This document shows positions 51,294 to 61,255 of a stretch of 64,000 bases of DNA, one piece after another. The DNA lies in the NCBI GenBank assembly GCA_963792075.1, contig CAWBUW010000012.1, positions 2,099,840-2,163,839 on the forward strand, given 5' to 3'. This stretch comes from an uncultured Chloroflexia bacterium. GTDB lineage: Bacteria > Chloroflexota > Anaerolineae > Anaerolineales > UBA4823. The notes beneath the pieces are model-generated. The model had not been told where the DNA came from. It saw only the letters and a list, made by a program, of their open reading frames with translations, and did not search any database. Position 1 is the first letter of the stretch. Each line of letters begins with the position of its first letter. The translations under genes were made by a program, and so were the position numbers.

Positions 51294-52733
51294 ATGCGAG
51301 TAAAAATGATCTTACCGGCTCTGACCGAAGCAAAAAGCCCGTTTTGGAGGCCGATCAAATATTCGTTGTTCCCCCCGCTCGGCCTGGCAACGCTGGCAGG
51401 TTATTTGGATGAAAACGATGAGGTCACAATTCAGGACGAACATGTTGAAACGCTAACCCTGGAAGATGAACCCGATCTGGTTGTGATTCAGGTGTATATC
51501 ACCTCTGCTTACCGGGCATATGCCCTGGGGGATCATTACCGGCGCAAAGGAGCATATGTGTGTATGGGTGGGCTGCATGTGACCTCGATGCCGTGGGAAG
51601 CGCTGGCGCACGCCGATAGTGTCTTTCTGGGCCCGGGGGAGGATACCTGGCCCGCATTCCTGGCTGATTTCCGCCGCGGGCAAGCGCAGCGGACTTATAC
51701 TTCACAGGTGCGCACGCTGGCTGGTTTACCACGCCCGCGGCGGGACCTGCTCCGGCGCGAACTGTACCTGGTGCCCAATTCGCTGGTCGTCTCGCGAGGC
51801 TGCCCGCATGTATGTGACTTTTGCTATAAAGAAGCCTTTTTTCAGGGGGGAAAATCGTTTTACACCCAGGCTGTCGATGTAGCCCTGGCCGAGATCGAGA
51901 GCCTCCCCGGCCGGCACCTGTACTTCCTGGATGACCATCTGTTGGGCAGCCCTCGCTTTGCCGCAGCATTATTTACGGGCATGCAGGGGACGGGGCGCGT
52001 ATGGCAGGCAGCCGGTACGGTGCAATCGGTCCTGCGCCCTGGGCTGCTGGAGCAGGCGGCTGCCAGCGGGCTGCGCAGCTTGTTCGTCGGTTTCGAGACG
52101 CTCAACCCCAACAACCTGCGCGAACAGCATAAATATCAAAATCTGGACCGGGACTATGCACTGGCCATCCGGAGGCTGCACGACCTGGGGATTATGGTGA
52201 ATGCCAGCTTCGTGTTTGGCATGGATGGGGATGACCCTGGCGTTTTTGAACGCACCACGGCCTGGGCTATCGAGCAGGGTGTGGAAACGGCGACATTTCA
52301 CATTTTGACCCCTTATCCTGGCACTGTACTGCACCAGCGCATGGTGGCTGAGGACCGTATGCTTACAGCGGATTGGGACCGATATGATACGCGCCACGTG
52401 GTGTTTCGACCGCATGGCATGACGGCTGAACAATTAGAGACCGGATACTGGTGGGCTTATCACGAATTTTACCGCTGGCAATCGATCTTCCAGGGAGCCC
52501 GGAATAAACCAGACTGGACCGGCCGGCTGCGCCACCTGGCTTACGCCGGTGGTTGGAAGAAGCTTGAACCTCTGTGGGATTGGATCATCCGAGTTCGCCG
52601 GTTAGGGCAGGCGCTGCCTTTGTTGGAAGCAGTCCTGGGTGAAAGCCTGGCGGGGCATTCGAGTGTCGCTGAAGAGGTTTGGACGCCTCCCAACAAAGTG
52701 CAGGAGCGCCAGAATATGTCTCGCTTCGAATAG
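51294..52733 (+). CDS. B12-binding-domain radical SAM protein (class B-like)
   Basis: N-terminal B12-like domain (PPLGLATLAGYL), CxxxCxxC RGCPHVCDFCY. GAGGTG SD 5 nt upstream. Confidence 0.8.
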   Translation: MRVKMILPALTEAKSPFWRPIKYSLFPPLGLATLAGYLDENDEVTIQDEHVETLTLEDEPDLVVIQVYITSAYRAYALGDHYRRKGAYVCMGGLHVTSMPWEALAHADSVFLGPGEDTWPAFLADFRRGQAQRTYTSQVRTLAGLPRPRRDLLRRELYLVPNSLVVSRGCPHVCDFCYKEAFFQGGKSFYTQAVDVALAEIESLPGRHLYFLDDHLLGSPRFAAALFTGMQGTGRVWQAAGTVQSVLRPGLLEQAAASGLRSLFVGFETLNPNNLREQHKYQNLDRDYALAIRRLHDLGIMVNASFVFGMDGDDPGVFERTTAWAIEQGVETATFHILTPYPGTVLHQRMVAEDRMLTADWDRYDTRHVVFRPHGMTAEQLETGYWWAYHEFYRWQSIFQGARNKPDWTGRLRHLAYAGGWKKLEPLWDWIIRVRRLGQALPLLEAVLGESLAGHSSVAEEVWTPPNKVQERQNMSRFE

Positions 52734-52748
52734 TGCTACAATGGAGCC

Positions 52749-54011
52749 ATGCGCATCCTTTTTGTAGCAGATGGCCGTTCGCCGATTGCGGTGAATTGGA
52801 TCCAGTATTTCCGGAAGCCCGAATACCAGGTGCATCTGGCTTCTACTTTCCCTGTCGTTCCTGGGTTGCAAGAGCAGCTTGGCTTGCAATCGTTGCAGAC
52901 CATCCCGGTGGCTTTCAGTGGGGCAAAAGAAGCTCCAGAAGCTGGAGACGCTCCCCAGGTAGAGCGAGCGCAAACTGGCCTGTCATACCGGTTGAAGGGG
53001 CTGGTTTGGGGAGCCAGGCTGGTGGGGGTGCGCACCGCGGTCCGGCAGTGGCTGGGCCCACTCACCCTGCCCGGCGCGGCGCGCCGGCTGGAGGAAATGA
53101 TTGTACGCCTGCAGCCCGACCTGGTACACGCCATGCGCATTCCATACGAGGGGATGCTGGCAGCCCTGGCGCTGGAAAGCCACCCGAAAACACCCCTGCT
53201 GGTTTCTGTGTGGGGGAATGATTTCACGCTGCATGGGCGGGCTAATCCCTGGATGGCTTCGCTGACACGGCGGGTAATGCAGCGGGCGGATGCACTGCAC
53301 ACGGACTGTGTGCGTGACCAGCGGCTGGCCCTGGATTGGGGCTTCCGCGCAGGCAGGCCCACCCTGGTGCTGCCGGGGAATGGGGGAATTGACCTGGCGA
53401 TTTTTCGCCCGGCAGAGAGCCTGGCCGGTACGCTCCAGGTGGTCAACCCGCGTGGCGTGCGGGCCTATGTGCGTAATGACACTTTCTTTCAGGCCGCGGC
53501 TTTGGTGCTGCGGGAGCTGCCCGAGACACGCTTTGTTTGCTTGGGGATGGCGGGTGAGGCGTTGGCAGAGGGTTGGCTGCAGCAGTTGGGGATCGAGAAG
53601 CAGGTGGTCTTACTGCCGAAGTTACCCCGCGCCGGTGTGGCGGAGCTGTTTCGAGGCAGTGCGGTGGCAGTTTCACCCACCACACACGATGGAACGCCCA
53701 ATACGCTGCTGGAGGCGATGGCGAGCGGTTGTTTCCCGGTGGTAGGCGATCTCGAATCGCTGCGCGAATGGATTGTCCAGGGCCAAAACGGTTTCCTGGT
53801 GGATCCGGCTAATCCGGCAGCCCTGGCGCACGCCATCGTCGCCGCGCTGCGCCAACCGGAATTACGCCAACAAGCGGAAGGAATCAACCAACGGTTGATT
53901 GCGGAACGGGCAGAATACCAGCACTGCATGCAAGCCGCTGAAAGTTTTTATCTCCACTCCCTGCTTACATGTGGATCGCCTGTCCCTCCGCACCGTGGGC
54001 AGCTTCCATAA
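52749..54011 (+). CDS. GT4-family glycosyltransferase
   Basis: HDGTPNTLLEAMASGCFPVVGDLESLREWI motif. The 3' end overlaps the convergent lpd by 47 nt. Confidence 0.75.
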   Translation: MRILFVADGRSPIAVNWIQYFRKPEYQVHLASTFPVVPGLQEQLGLQSLQTIPVAFSGAKEAPEAGDAPQVERAQTGLSYRLKGLVWGARLVGVRTAVRQWLGPLTLPGAARRLEEMIVRLQPDLVHAMRIPYEGMLAALALESHPKTPLLVSVWGNDFTLHGRANPWMASLTRRVMQRADALHTDCVRDQRLALDWGFRAGRPTLVLPGNGGIDLAIFRPAESLAGTLQVVNPRGVRAYVRNDTFFQAAALVLRELPETRFVCLGMAGEALAEGWLQQLGIEKQVVLLPKLPRAGVAELFRGSAVAVSPTTHDGTPNTLLEAMASGCFPVVGDLESLREWIVQGQNGFLVDPANPAALAHAIVAALRQPELRQQAEGINQRLIAERAEYQHCMQAAESFYLHSLLTCGSPVPPHRGQLP

Positions 54012-55368
54012 GAACTTCACTGAGCGTTGGGTGGGCATGCACGTTCCGGGCGATCTCGGCAGGGGTGATCTCCATCATCTGCGCCAGGGTCAATTCGGGC
54101 AGCAGCTCAGTGACTTCGGGGCCGATCATGTGAGCGCCAAGGATTTCACCATATTTCGAGTCCGTGATGATCTTGACCCAGCCAGACCCTTCCCCTAACC
54201 CGAGGGCTTTGCCGTTTGCCTGGAAGGGGAAGCGGCTAACTTTGACTTCATAGCCCTTCTCTTTGGCCTGCGCTTCGGTATAACCGAATGAGGCAATCTG
54301 TGGCTGGCAGTAAGTCGCGCGCGGCATCATGGCGTAATCCAACTTGATCGTTGCGTGGCCGGCGATGTGCTCTGCACAAATAATCCCCTGGGCTGAACCA
54401 ACGTGCGCCAGCATCAGCTTGCCGGTGACATCGCCAATCGCCCAGATGCCGGGTATGTTCGTAGCCATGCGCTCGTCAATTTCGATAAAACCGCGCTCGT
54501 TGATCTGCACACCGAGTGCTTCCAACCCCAGGTTCTTGCTGTTGGGCCGGAAACCGATCGCAACCAGCGCCTGGTCTGCTTCCAGGGTGGTTTCTTTGCC
54601 TTCGTTGGAAACGACCACACGCACGCCGGTTTCGGTAGTGGCGACCGATTCAACTTTGTGGCCAATCATCGTCTTGATGCCGCGCTTCTTGAAAGCCTTG
54701 GCCAGTTCCGCGCTGGTTTCTTCATCTTCCAGGGGTACCAGCCGCGGCAGCATCTCAACGATGGTCACGTCCACGCCGTAAGCGTTCCAGACGGTTGCAA
54801 ATTCTACCCCAATCGCACCCGAGCCGATCACAATGGCGGATTGGGGAAGCTTTTCTTGCAGGATGGCTTCCTTGTAAGTAACGACTTTCTCGCCATCTAC
54901 TTTCCATGCACCCGGTACCGCCGCGCTGGCGCCCGTGGCTACGATGATGTTCTTAGCCTTAAGTGCGGTGATATTCCCATCACTGGCAGTCACTTCAACC
55001 GTATCCAGGGCGGTCATCCGGGCTGCGCCCATGTGTACTGCGATGTTATTCTTCTTCATCAAGAACCCCACGCCCTTGACCAAACGGTCCGAGACCTGGC
55101 GGCTGCGCTTGACGGCAACGCTAAAGTCAAGGGTCAGGTTTTCGAAGGCGAAGCCGAACTCTTTGCCGCGCTCGCGCAGCGTGTGGGCAACTTCAGCGTT
55201 CTTGAGCAGGGATTTAGATGGGATGCAGCCCACATTAAGGCAGACGCCCCCCAGCCACTGCTTGTCAACAATGGCGGTTTTCAGGCCAAGCTGAGCTGCA
55301 CGGATTGCGGCCACGTAGCCGCCGGGGCCAGCACCCATGATGATCGTATCGTATTGTGTTTCGCTCAC
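53965..55368 (-). CDS. lpd: Dihydrolipoyl dehydrogenase (E3)
   Basis: GAGPGGY FAD motif, redox-active CLNVGCIPSK, C-terminal HAHPTLSE. Confidence 0.9.
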   Translation of the reverse strand: MSETQYDTIIMGAGPGGYVAAIRAAQLGLKTAIVDKQWLGGVCLNVGCIPSKSLLKNAEVAHTLRERGKEFGFAFENLTLDFSVAVKRSRQVSDRLVKGVGFLMKKNNIAVHMGAARMTALDTVEVTASDGNITALKAKNIIVATGASAAVPGAWKVDGEKVVTYKEAILQEKLPQSAIVIGSGAIGVEFATVWNAYGVDVTIVEMLPRLVPLEDEETSAELAKAFKKRGIKTMIGHKVESVATTETGVRVVVSNEGKETTLEADQALVAIGFRPNSKNLGLEALGVQINERGFIEIDERMATNIPGIWAIGDVTGKLMLAHVGSAQGIICAEHIAGHATIKLDYAMMPRATYCQPQIASFGYTEAQAKEKGYEVKVSRFPFQANGKALGLGEGSGWVKIITDSKYGEILGAHMIGPEVTELLPELTLAQMMEITPAEIARNVHAHPTLSEVLMEAAHGAEGQAIHM

Positions 55369-55401
55369 AGTTACCTTCCTGGTTTCAAAGAAGTGGGAGG
55401 C

Positions 55402-55434
55402 GAGGTATGTGCGGGTCCTGCCCGCACATACCTC
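55402..55434 (-). repeat. Intercistronic hairpin between E2 and E3 sharing the GTGCGGG/CCCGCAC core
   Basis: GAGGTATGTGCGGG-TCCTG-CCCGCACATACCTC (14-bp arms). Confidence 0.6.
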
Positions 55435-55453
55435 ACCTGGCCGAATGGTAGGG

Positions 55454-56710
55454 TTATTTTACTATGTTTAGCGGCCAATCGCGCAGCGTTTCCACAACTT
55501 TACCCAGCCAGGCGTCGGCAATCGCGCCATCCAGGATGCGGTGATCAAAGGTCAGGCTGAGGTAAAGCATGGGGCGGATGGCGATCACGTCCCCCAGGGC
55601 AGGATCGCTGAGGACTACAACTCGTTTTTGGATGGCTCCCACGCCCAGGATTCCGCATTGTGGCTGGTTGATAATCGGTGTGGCAAAGAGAGAACCGCTG
55701 ATACCATGGTTGGTAATTGTAAAAGTGCCGCCCTTGACCTCGTCTGGGGTTAGTTTGCGCGCCCGCGCCCGGTTTGCCAGGTCGTTGATCGTGCGCGCCA
55801 GGCCCAATAAGGAGAGGCTGTCAGCGTTCTTGATCACAGGAACGATCAACCCTTCTTCGCCCAGGGACGTGGCTATACCGAGGTTGATCTGGTGATGGAT
55901 CAGGATGCCTGCCTCGCTCCAGGAAGCGTTTACCATTGGGGTAGCTTTCAAGGCTGCAACCGCGGCAGCGGCAAAGTACGCCGTAAAAGTCAGGTTAACC
56001 CCTTCGCGAGCGAAAGCCTCCTTATTCGCGGCCCGGTGGGCAACGACCCGGCTCAGGTCAACTTCCATGACTGTCGTGACGTGCGGTGAGCTGCGCTCAG
56101 AAAAGACCATATGCTCGGCAATCAAACGGCGCACCGGGGACAGCGGCTTGATCTCGTCGCCCGCCAGGCCGGCCGGGAATTGGACGGGTGCAGAGAGTTT
56201 ATTTTCCTGAACCTCTGCCCTGGCTGCCTTTTCGGTGGATGGCGCAGCCGTGGGTACAGCCGGTGCAGCCAGCGAAGCCTGCGGAGCCAGCGAAGCCTGC
56301 GGAGCTACAAGGTAATCCAACACATCTTTCTTGGTGATGCGCCCCCCTTCGCCGGTACCGGTCACCTGGTACAAATCGATGTGATGTTCGGTTGCCAGCC
56401 TGGCAACGATGGGGGAGATGAAACCCAGCTCGCGGTTTCGCCCGCTTGTGGATTCTACCGGAAGCTTTTCTCCCGGTTCACCGATCACCGCCAACAAACT
56501 GCCTGCCTGGACAGTCGTGTTGGGCTCCACCAGGATTTCCAGCACCACGCCGGACGCCGGACTGGGTATCTCTGCAACCACTTTGTCTGTATTCACTTCG
56601 AGCAGTGGCTCGAATTCTTTGATGGGGTCGCCAACGGCTTTGAGCCATTCGATCACGGTAGCTTCGACAACCAATTCACCGAGTTGGGGCATCAGAACCT
56701 TTGTGGGCAT
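55454..56710 (-). CDS. Dihydrolipoamide acyltransferase (E2) of a 2-oxoacid (branched-chain-type) dehydrogenase complex
   Basis: Lipoyl LEVNTDKVVAEI, PSBD ISPIVARLATEHHIDLYQVTGTGEGGRITKKDV, catalytic LTFDHRILDG. ATG at 56710. Confidence 0.9.
   Translation of the reverse strand: MPTKVLMPQLGELVVEATVIEWLKAVGDPIKEFEPLLEVNTDKVVAEIPSPASGVVLEILVEPNTTVQAGSLLAVIGEPGEKLPVESTSGRNRELGFISPIVARLATEHHIDLYQVTGTGEGGRITKKDVLDYLVAPQASLAPQASLAAPAVPTAAPSTEKAARAEVQENKLSAPVQFPAGLAGDEIKPLSPVRRLIAEHMVFSERSSPHVTTVMEVDLSRVVAHRAANKEAFAREGVNLTFTAYFAAAAVAALKATPMVNASWSEAGILIHHQINLGIATSLGEEGLIVPVIKNADSLSLLGLARTINDLANRARARKLTPDEVKGGTFTITNHGISGSLFATPIINQPQCGILGVGAIQKRVVVLSDPALGDVIAIRPMLYLSLTFDHRILDGAIADAWLGKVVETLRDWPLNIVK
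56267..56302. repeat. Perfect 18-nt tandem duplication inside the E2 linker
   Basis: AGCCAGCGAAGCCTGCGG x2, encoding APQASL-APQASL on the minus strand. Confidence 0.8.
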
Positions 56711-56726
56711 AGAATCTCCTCTGCGA

Positions 56727-59129
56727 TCACGGTTCGAAAAGATTGGGATAAGTCCTTGGGTCCGTTTCACGCATCATGCCATATACAGCATTGAAGATGG
56801 TCTCTGTATTGGGCTTGGACCAGTAATCGCCATCGGATCCGTAGGCAGGGCGATGGGCAGCTCCAGGTAAGGTAAGAGGCGGGGAGTCAAGCCAGGAGTA
56901 GCCGCCTTGCTTCTCGATCACTTGCTGGAGCATGTAAGCGGTAGCGCCTCCGGGCACATCTTCATCCACAAACAGGATCCGGCTGGTTTTTTTGAGCGAA
57001 GACAGGATTGCGCCGTGCAGATCGAAGGGGAGCAAGGTTTGAACATCCATGACTTCGGTGTCAATCCCAAACTTCGCTAAGGTGTTGGCGGCTTCCAGGG
57101 CAATGCGGCAGGTAGCGCCGTACGTGACCAGGGTGACATCGGAGCCGGGACGCAGCACTTCCGGCACACCCAGCGGGACGGTGAAACTGCCCAGATTATC
57201 CGGCAAGCGTTCTTTCAGACGGTAACCGTTCAATACTTCGATAATCAGCGCAGGTTCTTCAGCCAGGAGGAGTGTGTTGTAAAAGCCTGCTGCCTGGACG
57301 AAGTTGCGCGGTACCAGCACGTGCATCCCCCGCACCAGGTTGAGTATCCCGGCCATAGGCGAGCCAGAATGCCAGATGCCTTCCAGCCGGTGGCCGCGTG
57401 TGCGTACGATGACCGGCGCACGCTGCCCACCTTTGGTGCGCCAGGCGAGGTTGGCGAGATCGTCCGCCATGAGCTGCAGGGCATAAAGCACGTAATCCAG
57501 GTATTGGATCTCGGCAATGGGGCGCAGACCGCGCAGCGCCAGTCCAATGGCCTGGCCCAGGATGGTGGCTTCACGGATGCCGGTGTCGGTCACGCGGAAA
57601 GGACCGTATTTCTCCTGCAGCCCGCGGAAAGCCTGGTTGACGTCACCGAGCTGGCCAACGTCTTCACCGAAGGCCAACAAGCGCGGTTCACGCGCCAGGG
57701 CCGCGTCGAAGGCGGCATTCAGAATCTCAAAGCCCATCAAGGTGGGGGACTGATCTGAATAAACCGGCTTGATTTCAGGCACTTGCAGCGCCGATCCCGG
57801 CCCGGTGAGATAAAGGTGCGAGCTGTAGCGATCGACCGAGGCTTCGGCCAATTGCTGCTGCCAACCAACCAGGACCTGGCGGGCCTGGGAGGGCTGGGCA
57901 GACGTGGCGAGCAGTGCTTCATGGACGGCTTTATTCAAGTCCCGCCGTAAGGGGGTGAGCAGGGAGGCAAGACTCGACTGGATCTTTTGCACTTCTTCTG
58001 GTGCTGCAGTGTTTTCCGCAAGCTGCCCCAGCATCCTGCTTACCTGTTCTCGCTCATCCAGGATAGGTTGCTGGTAAGCCTCCCAGGCAAGTTTACGGTC
58101 GTTTTCGACCGTCTGGCGGTCTGCTTCCTCCATTTGATCGAGCTGGTCGGAGGCGGCAATGCCCTGCAAAAGGATCCACTCACGGAATTTCTTGACGCAG
58201 TCATTTTCGGCTTCCCATTCCAGGCGTTCTTTGGATTTGTAACGCTCGTGGCTGCCAGAGGTGGAATGGCCTTGAGGCTGTGTCAATTCAGAGACGTGCA
58301 GGATGGACGGCATGTGCTCCGTGCGCGCCACCTGAGAGGCTTTATCGAAAGCCTCGACCAGCGCGGGATAATCCCAACCCTTGATTGAGTAAATATCGAA
58401 GCCATCACAACAAACCCCTGGTGGACGAACAAAACCCATCAGCAGCTCAGAGAGATTCTCCTTGGCGATCTGGTTCACGTTGGTAACCGAGATGCCGTAG
58501 CCGTCATCGTAGATCGTGATCACGGCCGGCACACGCAGTACACCGATGGCATTGATCGTCTCCCAGAAGAGCCCTTCTGCCGCGCTGGCGTTGCCAATCG
58601 TAGCAAACGCGACCTCGTTGCCGTTCTGGGAGAATTGGGTATAACCGCGGAGTTCCTCGAGCTCGCGGTAGAGCTTGGATGCATAAGCCAGGCCTACCAC
58701 GCGCGGCATTTGCGCTGCAGTAGGTGAGAGGTCTGTGGCTGAGTTCATCTGTGCAGTGAGGTCTTTCCAACTCCCATCTGGGTTAAGACTGCGCGTGCCA
58801 AAGTGACCATTCATGGCTCGCCCGGCAGTAGTAGGCTCTGCTTCCAGGTCGGCATGAGCGTAAAGCTGGGCAAAGAACTGCTGGATGGTGGTCATGCCGG
58901 TGGCGAACATAAAAGTCTGGTCACGGTAATAACCAGAGCGGAAATCACCTTTACGGAACACGTGTGCCATGGCAAGCTGAGGTAGTTCTTTGCCATCGCC
59001 AAAAATACCGAACTTGGCCTTGCCGCTGATGACCTCACGCCGCCCGATGTAAGAGGCCTGGCGGCTCCGGTACGCGATGCGATAATCCTCCAAGATCTGT
59101 TCAGAGGGTAGCGGAAGATTTACCGGCAT
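56727..59129 (-). CDS. Fused E1 alpha/beta 2-oxoacid dehydrogenase (TPP-dependent)
   Basis: 800-aa single polypeptide. N-terminal E1-alpha-like TPP region, C-terminal transketolase-like E1-beta region (TDTGIREATILGQAIGLALRGLRPIAEIQYLDY). Confidence 0.85.
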   Translation of the reverse strand: MPVNLPLPSEQILEDYRIAYRSRQASYIGRREVISGKAKFGIFGDGKELPQLAMAHVFRKGDFRSGYYRDQTFMFATGMTTIQQFFAQLYAHADLEAEPTTAGRAMNGHFGTRSLNPDGSWKDLTAQMNSATDLSPTAAQMPRVVGLAYASKLYRELEELRGYTQFSQNGNEVAFATIGNASAAEGLFWETINAIGVLRVPAVITIYDDGYGISVTNVNQIAKENLSELLMGFVRPPGVCCDGFDIYSIKGWDYPALVEAFDKASQVARTEHMPSILHVSELTQPQGHSTSGSHERYKSKERLEWEAENDCVKKFREWILLQGIAASDQLDQMEEADRQTVENDRKLAWEAYQQPILDEREQVSRMLGQLAENTAAPEEVQKIQSSLASLLTPLRRDLNKAVHEALLATSAQPSQARQVLVGWQQQLAEASVDRYSSHLYLTGPGSALQVPEIKPVYSDQSPTLMGFEILNAAFDAALAREPRLLAFGEDVGQLGDVNQAFRGLQEKYGPFRVTDTGIREATILGQAIGLALRGLRPIAEIQYLDYVLYALQLMADDLANLAWRTKGGQRAPVIVRTRGHRLEGIWHSGSPMAGILNLVRGMHVLVPRNFVQAAGFYNTLLLAEEPALIIEVLNGYRLKERLPDNLGSFTVPLGVPEVLRPGSDVTLVTYGATCRIALEAANTLAKFGIDTEVMDVQTLLPFDLHGAILSSLKKTSRILFVDEDVPGGATAYMLQQVIEKQGGYSWLDSPPLTLPGAAHRPAYGSDGDYWSKPNTETIFNAVYGMMRETDPRTYPNLFEP

Positions 59130-59205
59130 AGCAGCTCCTCAGAAAAAGAATGCGACCGATTTTAGCGTCTTTATCTGATTATAGCCGATTTAAGCGAAGA
59201 TCTGC

Positions 59206-61219
59206 TTAGGGTTCCCTTATGATTTGAGCTGCGACGATTTCGGCGATATCCAGCACCTGCATTTCGCTGTTGGCATCTTTCTTGGCATCCGTGAGCATCA
59301 CCATGCAGAAGGGGCAGCCAACTGCAAGTGTCTCTGCGCCCGAGGCCTGCGCTTCTCTGAAGCGGTTGGCATTGATGCGCTCGGTGCCATGTTCTTCCTC
59401 TTTCCACATCTGGGCGCCGCCTGCGCCGCAGCAGAAAGACTGTGTGCCGTGGCGGGGCATTTCGACGAGCTGGGCTCCTGCGCTGGTAAGTGCCTGGCGT
59501 GGCTCGGCGATGATCTGGTTGTGGCGGCTCAAGTAGCACGGGTCATGCAGTGTGACCTTTTCAGCGCCACCGGGTTTGAGCTTGAGTTTGCCAGTCGCGA
59601 CCAGCTCATTGATCAACTGTGTGTGGTGAATAACGGTGTAATTGCCGCCAAAAGCGGGATATTCGTTCTTTAAGGTGTGCAGGCAGTGCGGGCAGGTGGT
59701 CACGATGCGTTTTGATTTCACTTCGTTGAGGATTTCAATGTTTGCCTGGGCCAGGCCGAAGAAAATATCTTCTTTACCCGCCCGGCGGGCTGAGTCGCCC
59801 GTACACTGTTCACCCTCGCCCAACACAGCGTAGTTGACGCCAGCCGTATTCAGGATCTCGGCAAAAGCGCGGGCGGTCTTCTGGGCGCGGGCATCGGTAG
59901 CGGGGGCACATCCTACCCACCAGAGTAATTCTGGCTCAGGATTCTCGTCAATCGTGGTAACGGTCATACCCTGGGCCCACTTCATGCGCTCGGCAGGAGA
60001 AATGCCCCAGGGATTGGCGTTGCGCTCCATGCCGCGGAAGGCGGCCTGGAACTGCTTGGGGAATTCATTTTCCATGAGCACCAGCGAACGGCGGATATCC
60101 ATAATATCGCGCATCGGCTCGTTGTTCACCGGGCAGATGTCGATACATGCGCCGCAGGCTGTGCAGGCCCAGACTGCTTCGGGGGGAATGGCAAACTCGA
60201 TCAGAAGTTGAGAGGAAGCCTCTCCCCTGGCAATCTTCTCACCTTCGAAGTTGAGCAAATAGCGTTTGTTGATCTCCAAAGCTGCCGGCGAGAGGACCTT
60301 GCCCGTGTTGTAGGCCGGGCATACCTGCTGGCAGCGATAACACTGGATGCAGGCATAGGCATCCATCAATTGTTCCCAACCCAGGTCCTCCAGGCGAGTA
60401 GCCCCGAATTGTTCGATGCTTTCGTCATCGAAGTCGAGCTTGCTTAACTCACCGATCGAGCGCCGTTCGGGCTTGAGCAAGAAGTTGAGCGGAGCAAAGA
60501 TAAGATGGATGTGCTTGGAGTAAAGGAAGTAAGGCACAAAAGCCAGGATCAATCCAATGGCCAGCCAAAAAGCAACGTGCTCACCCATCACCAGTGCAGA
60601 TTCGCTCCAACCGCGCCAGAGGCCGGCAACCGCGCTGGCAAATGGCTGCCACGCATCCGCTCCACCCTGCGAGGCAATCTGAAAAGTTTCACCGATGAAA
60701 CGCCCGCCAACGTGGAAGAGGATAAAGGTCCCCACGATCGCAGAGTCGCGCCGGATGCCCGCGAGCGTGCGGGTGGAGCAGCACATCCTCACGAGCTGAG
60801 AGCTGTTTGTCTTTTAGCACAAAGCGGCGAAACAGCATCGCCAGCATGCCCACCAGCACAGCGACGCTGAGCAAATCGCCCAGCAGGCGGTAAATGCCGC
60901 CAATCCAGTGATCGCCGAGGAATTGGAAGTTGGGGAGAAAGCCTTCGAGTACATCCCCGAAATTTACCAGCAGGTAATAAATAAAACCCCAGGCAATGAA
61001 GGCGTGCAGCAGGCTGGAGCCCAGGCGGATCTTAAAGGTGGGCTGCATACTTGCCACTTTGATCAACACCGCCACCAGGCGCTGCCGGGCAAGCTTCAGG
61101 TCAGGTTTGCCGTTCCCGCGGTGGATGATTTTGATGATCCTAACGGCTGCCAGGTATGCGGCATACCCAGATGCGGCGGCTGCGATTAGGAACACGATTT
61201 TTTCTACCAACGTGAGCAT
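59206..61219 (-). pseudogene. Membrane-anchored HdrD/GlpC-like Fe-S oxidoreductase (two 4Fe-4S motifs + two CCG domains), split by an apparent 1-nt frameshift near 60758-60760
   Basis: ORF 60689-61219 (TM-rich N-terminus) and ORF 59206-60792 (CIQCYRCQQVCP, CTACGACIDICP, CCGAGG) overlap in different frames. Removing one G of the GGG run joins ..LLHPHAR to GIRRDSAIVGTF. Confidence 0.6.
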
Positions 61220-61255
61220 AGTTCCTCCCAGGATGCAGTAGTTTTCCTCATAAAA

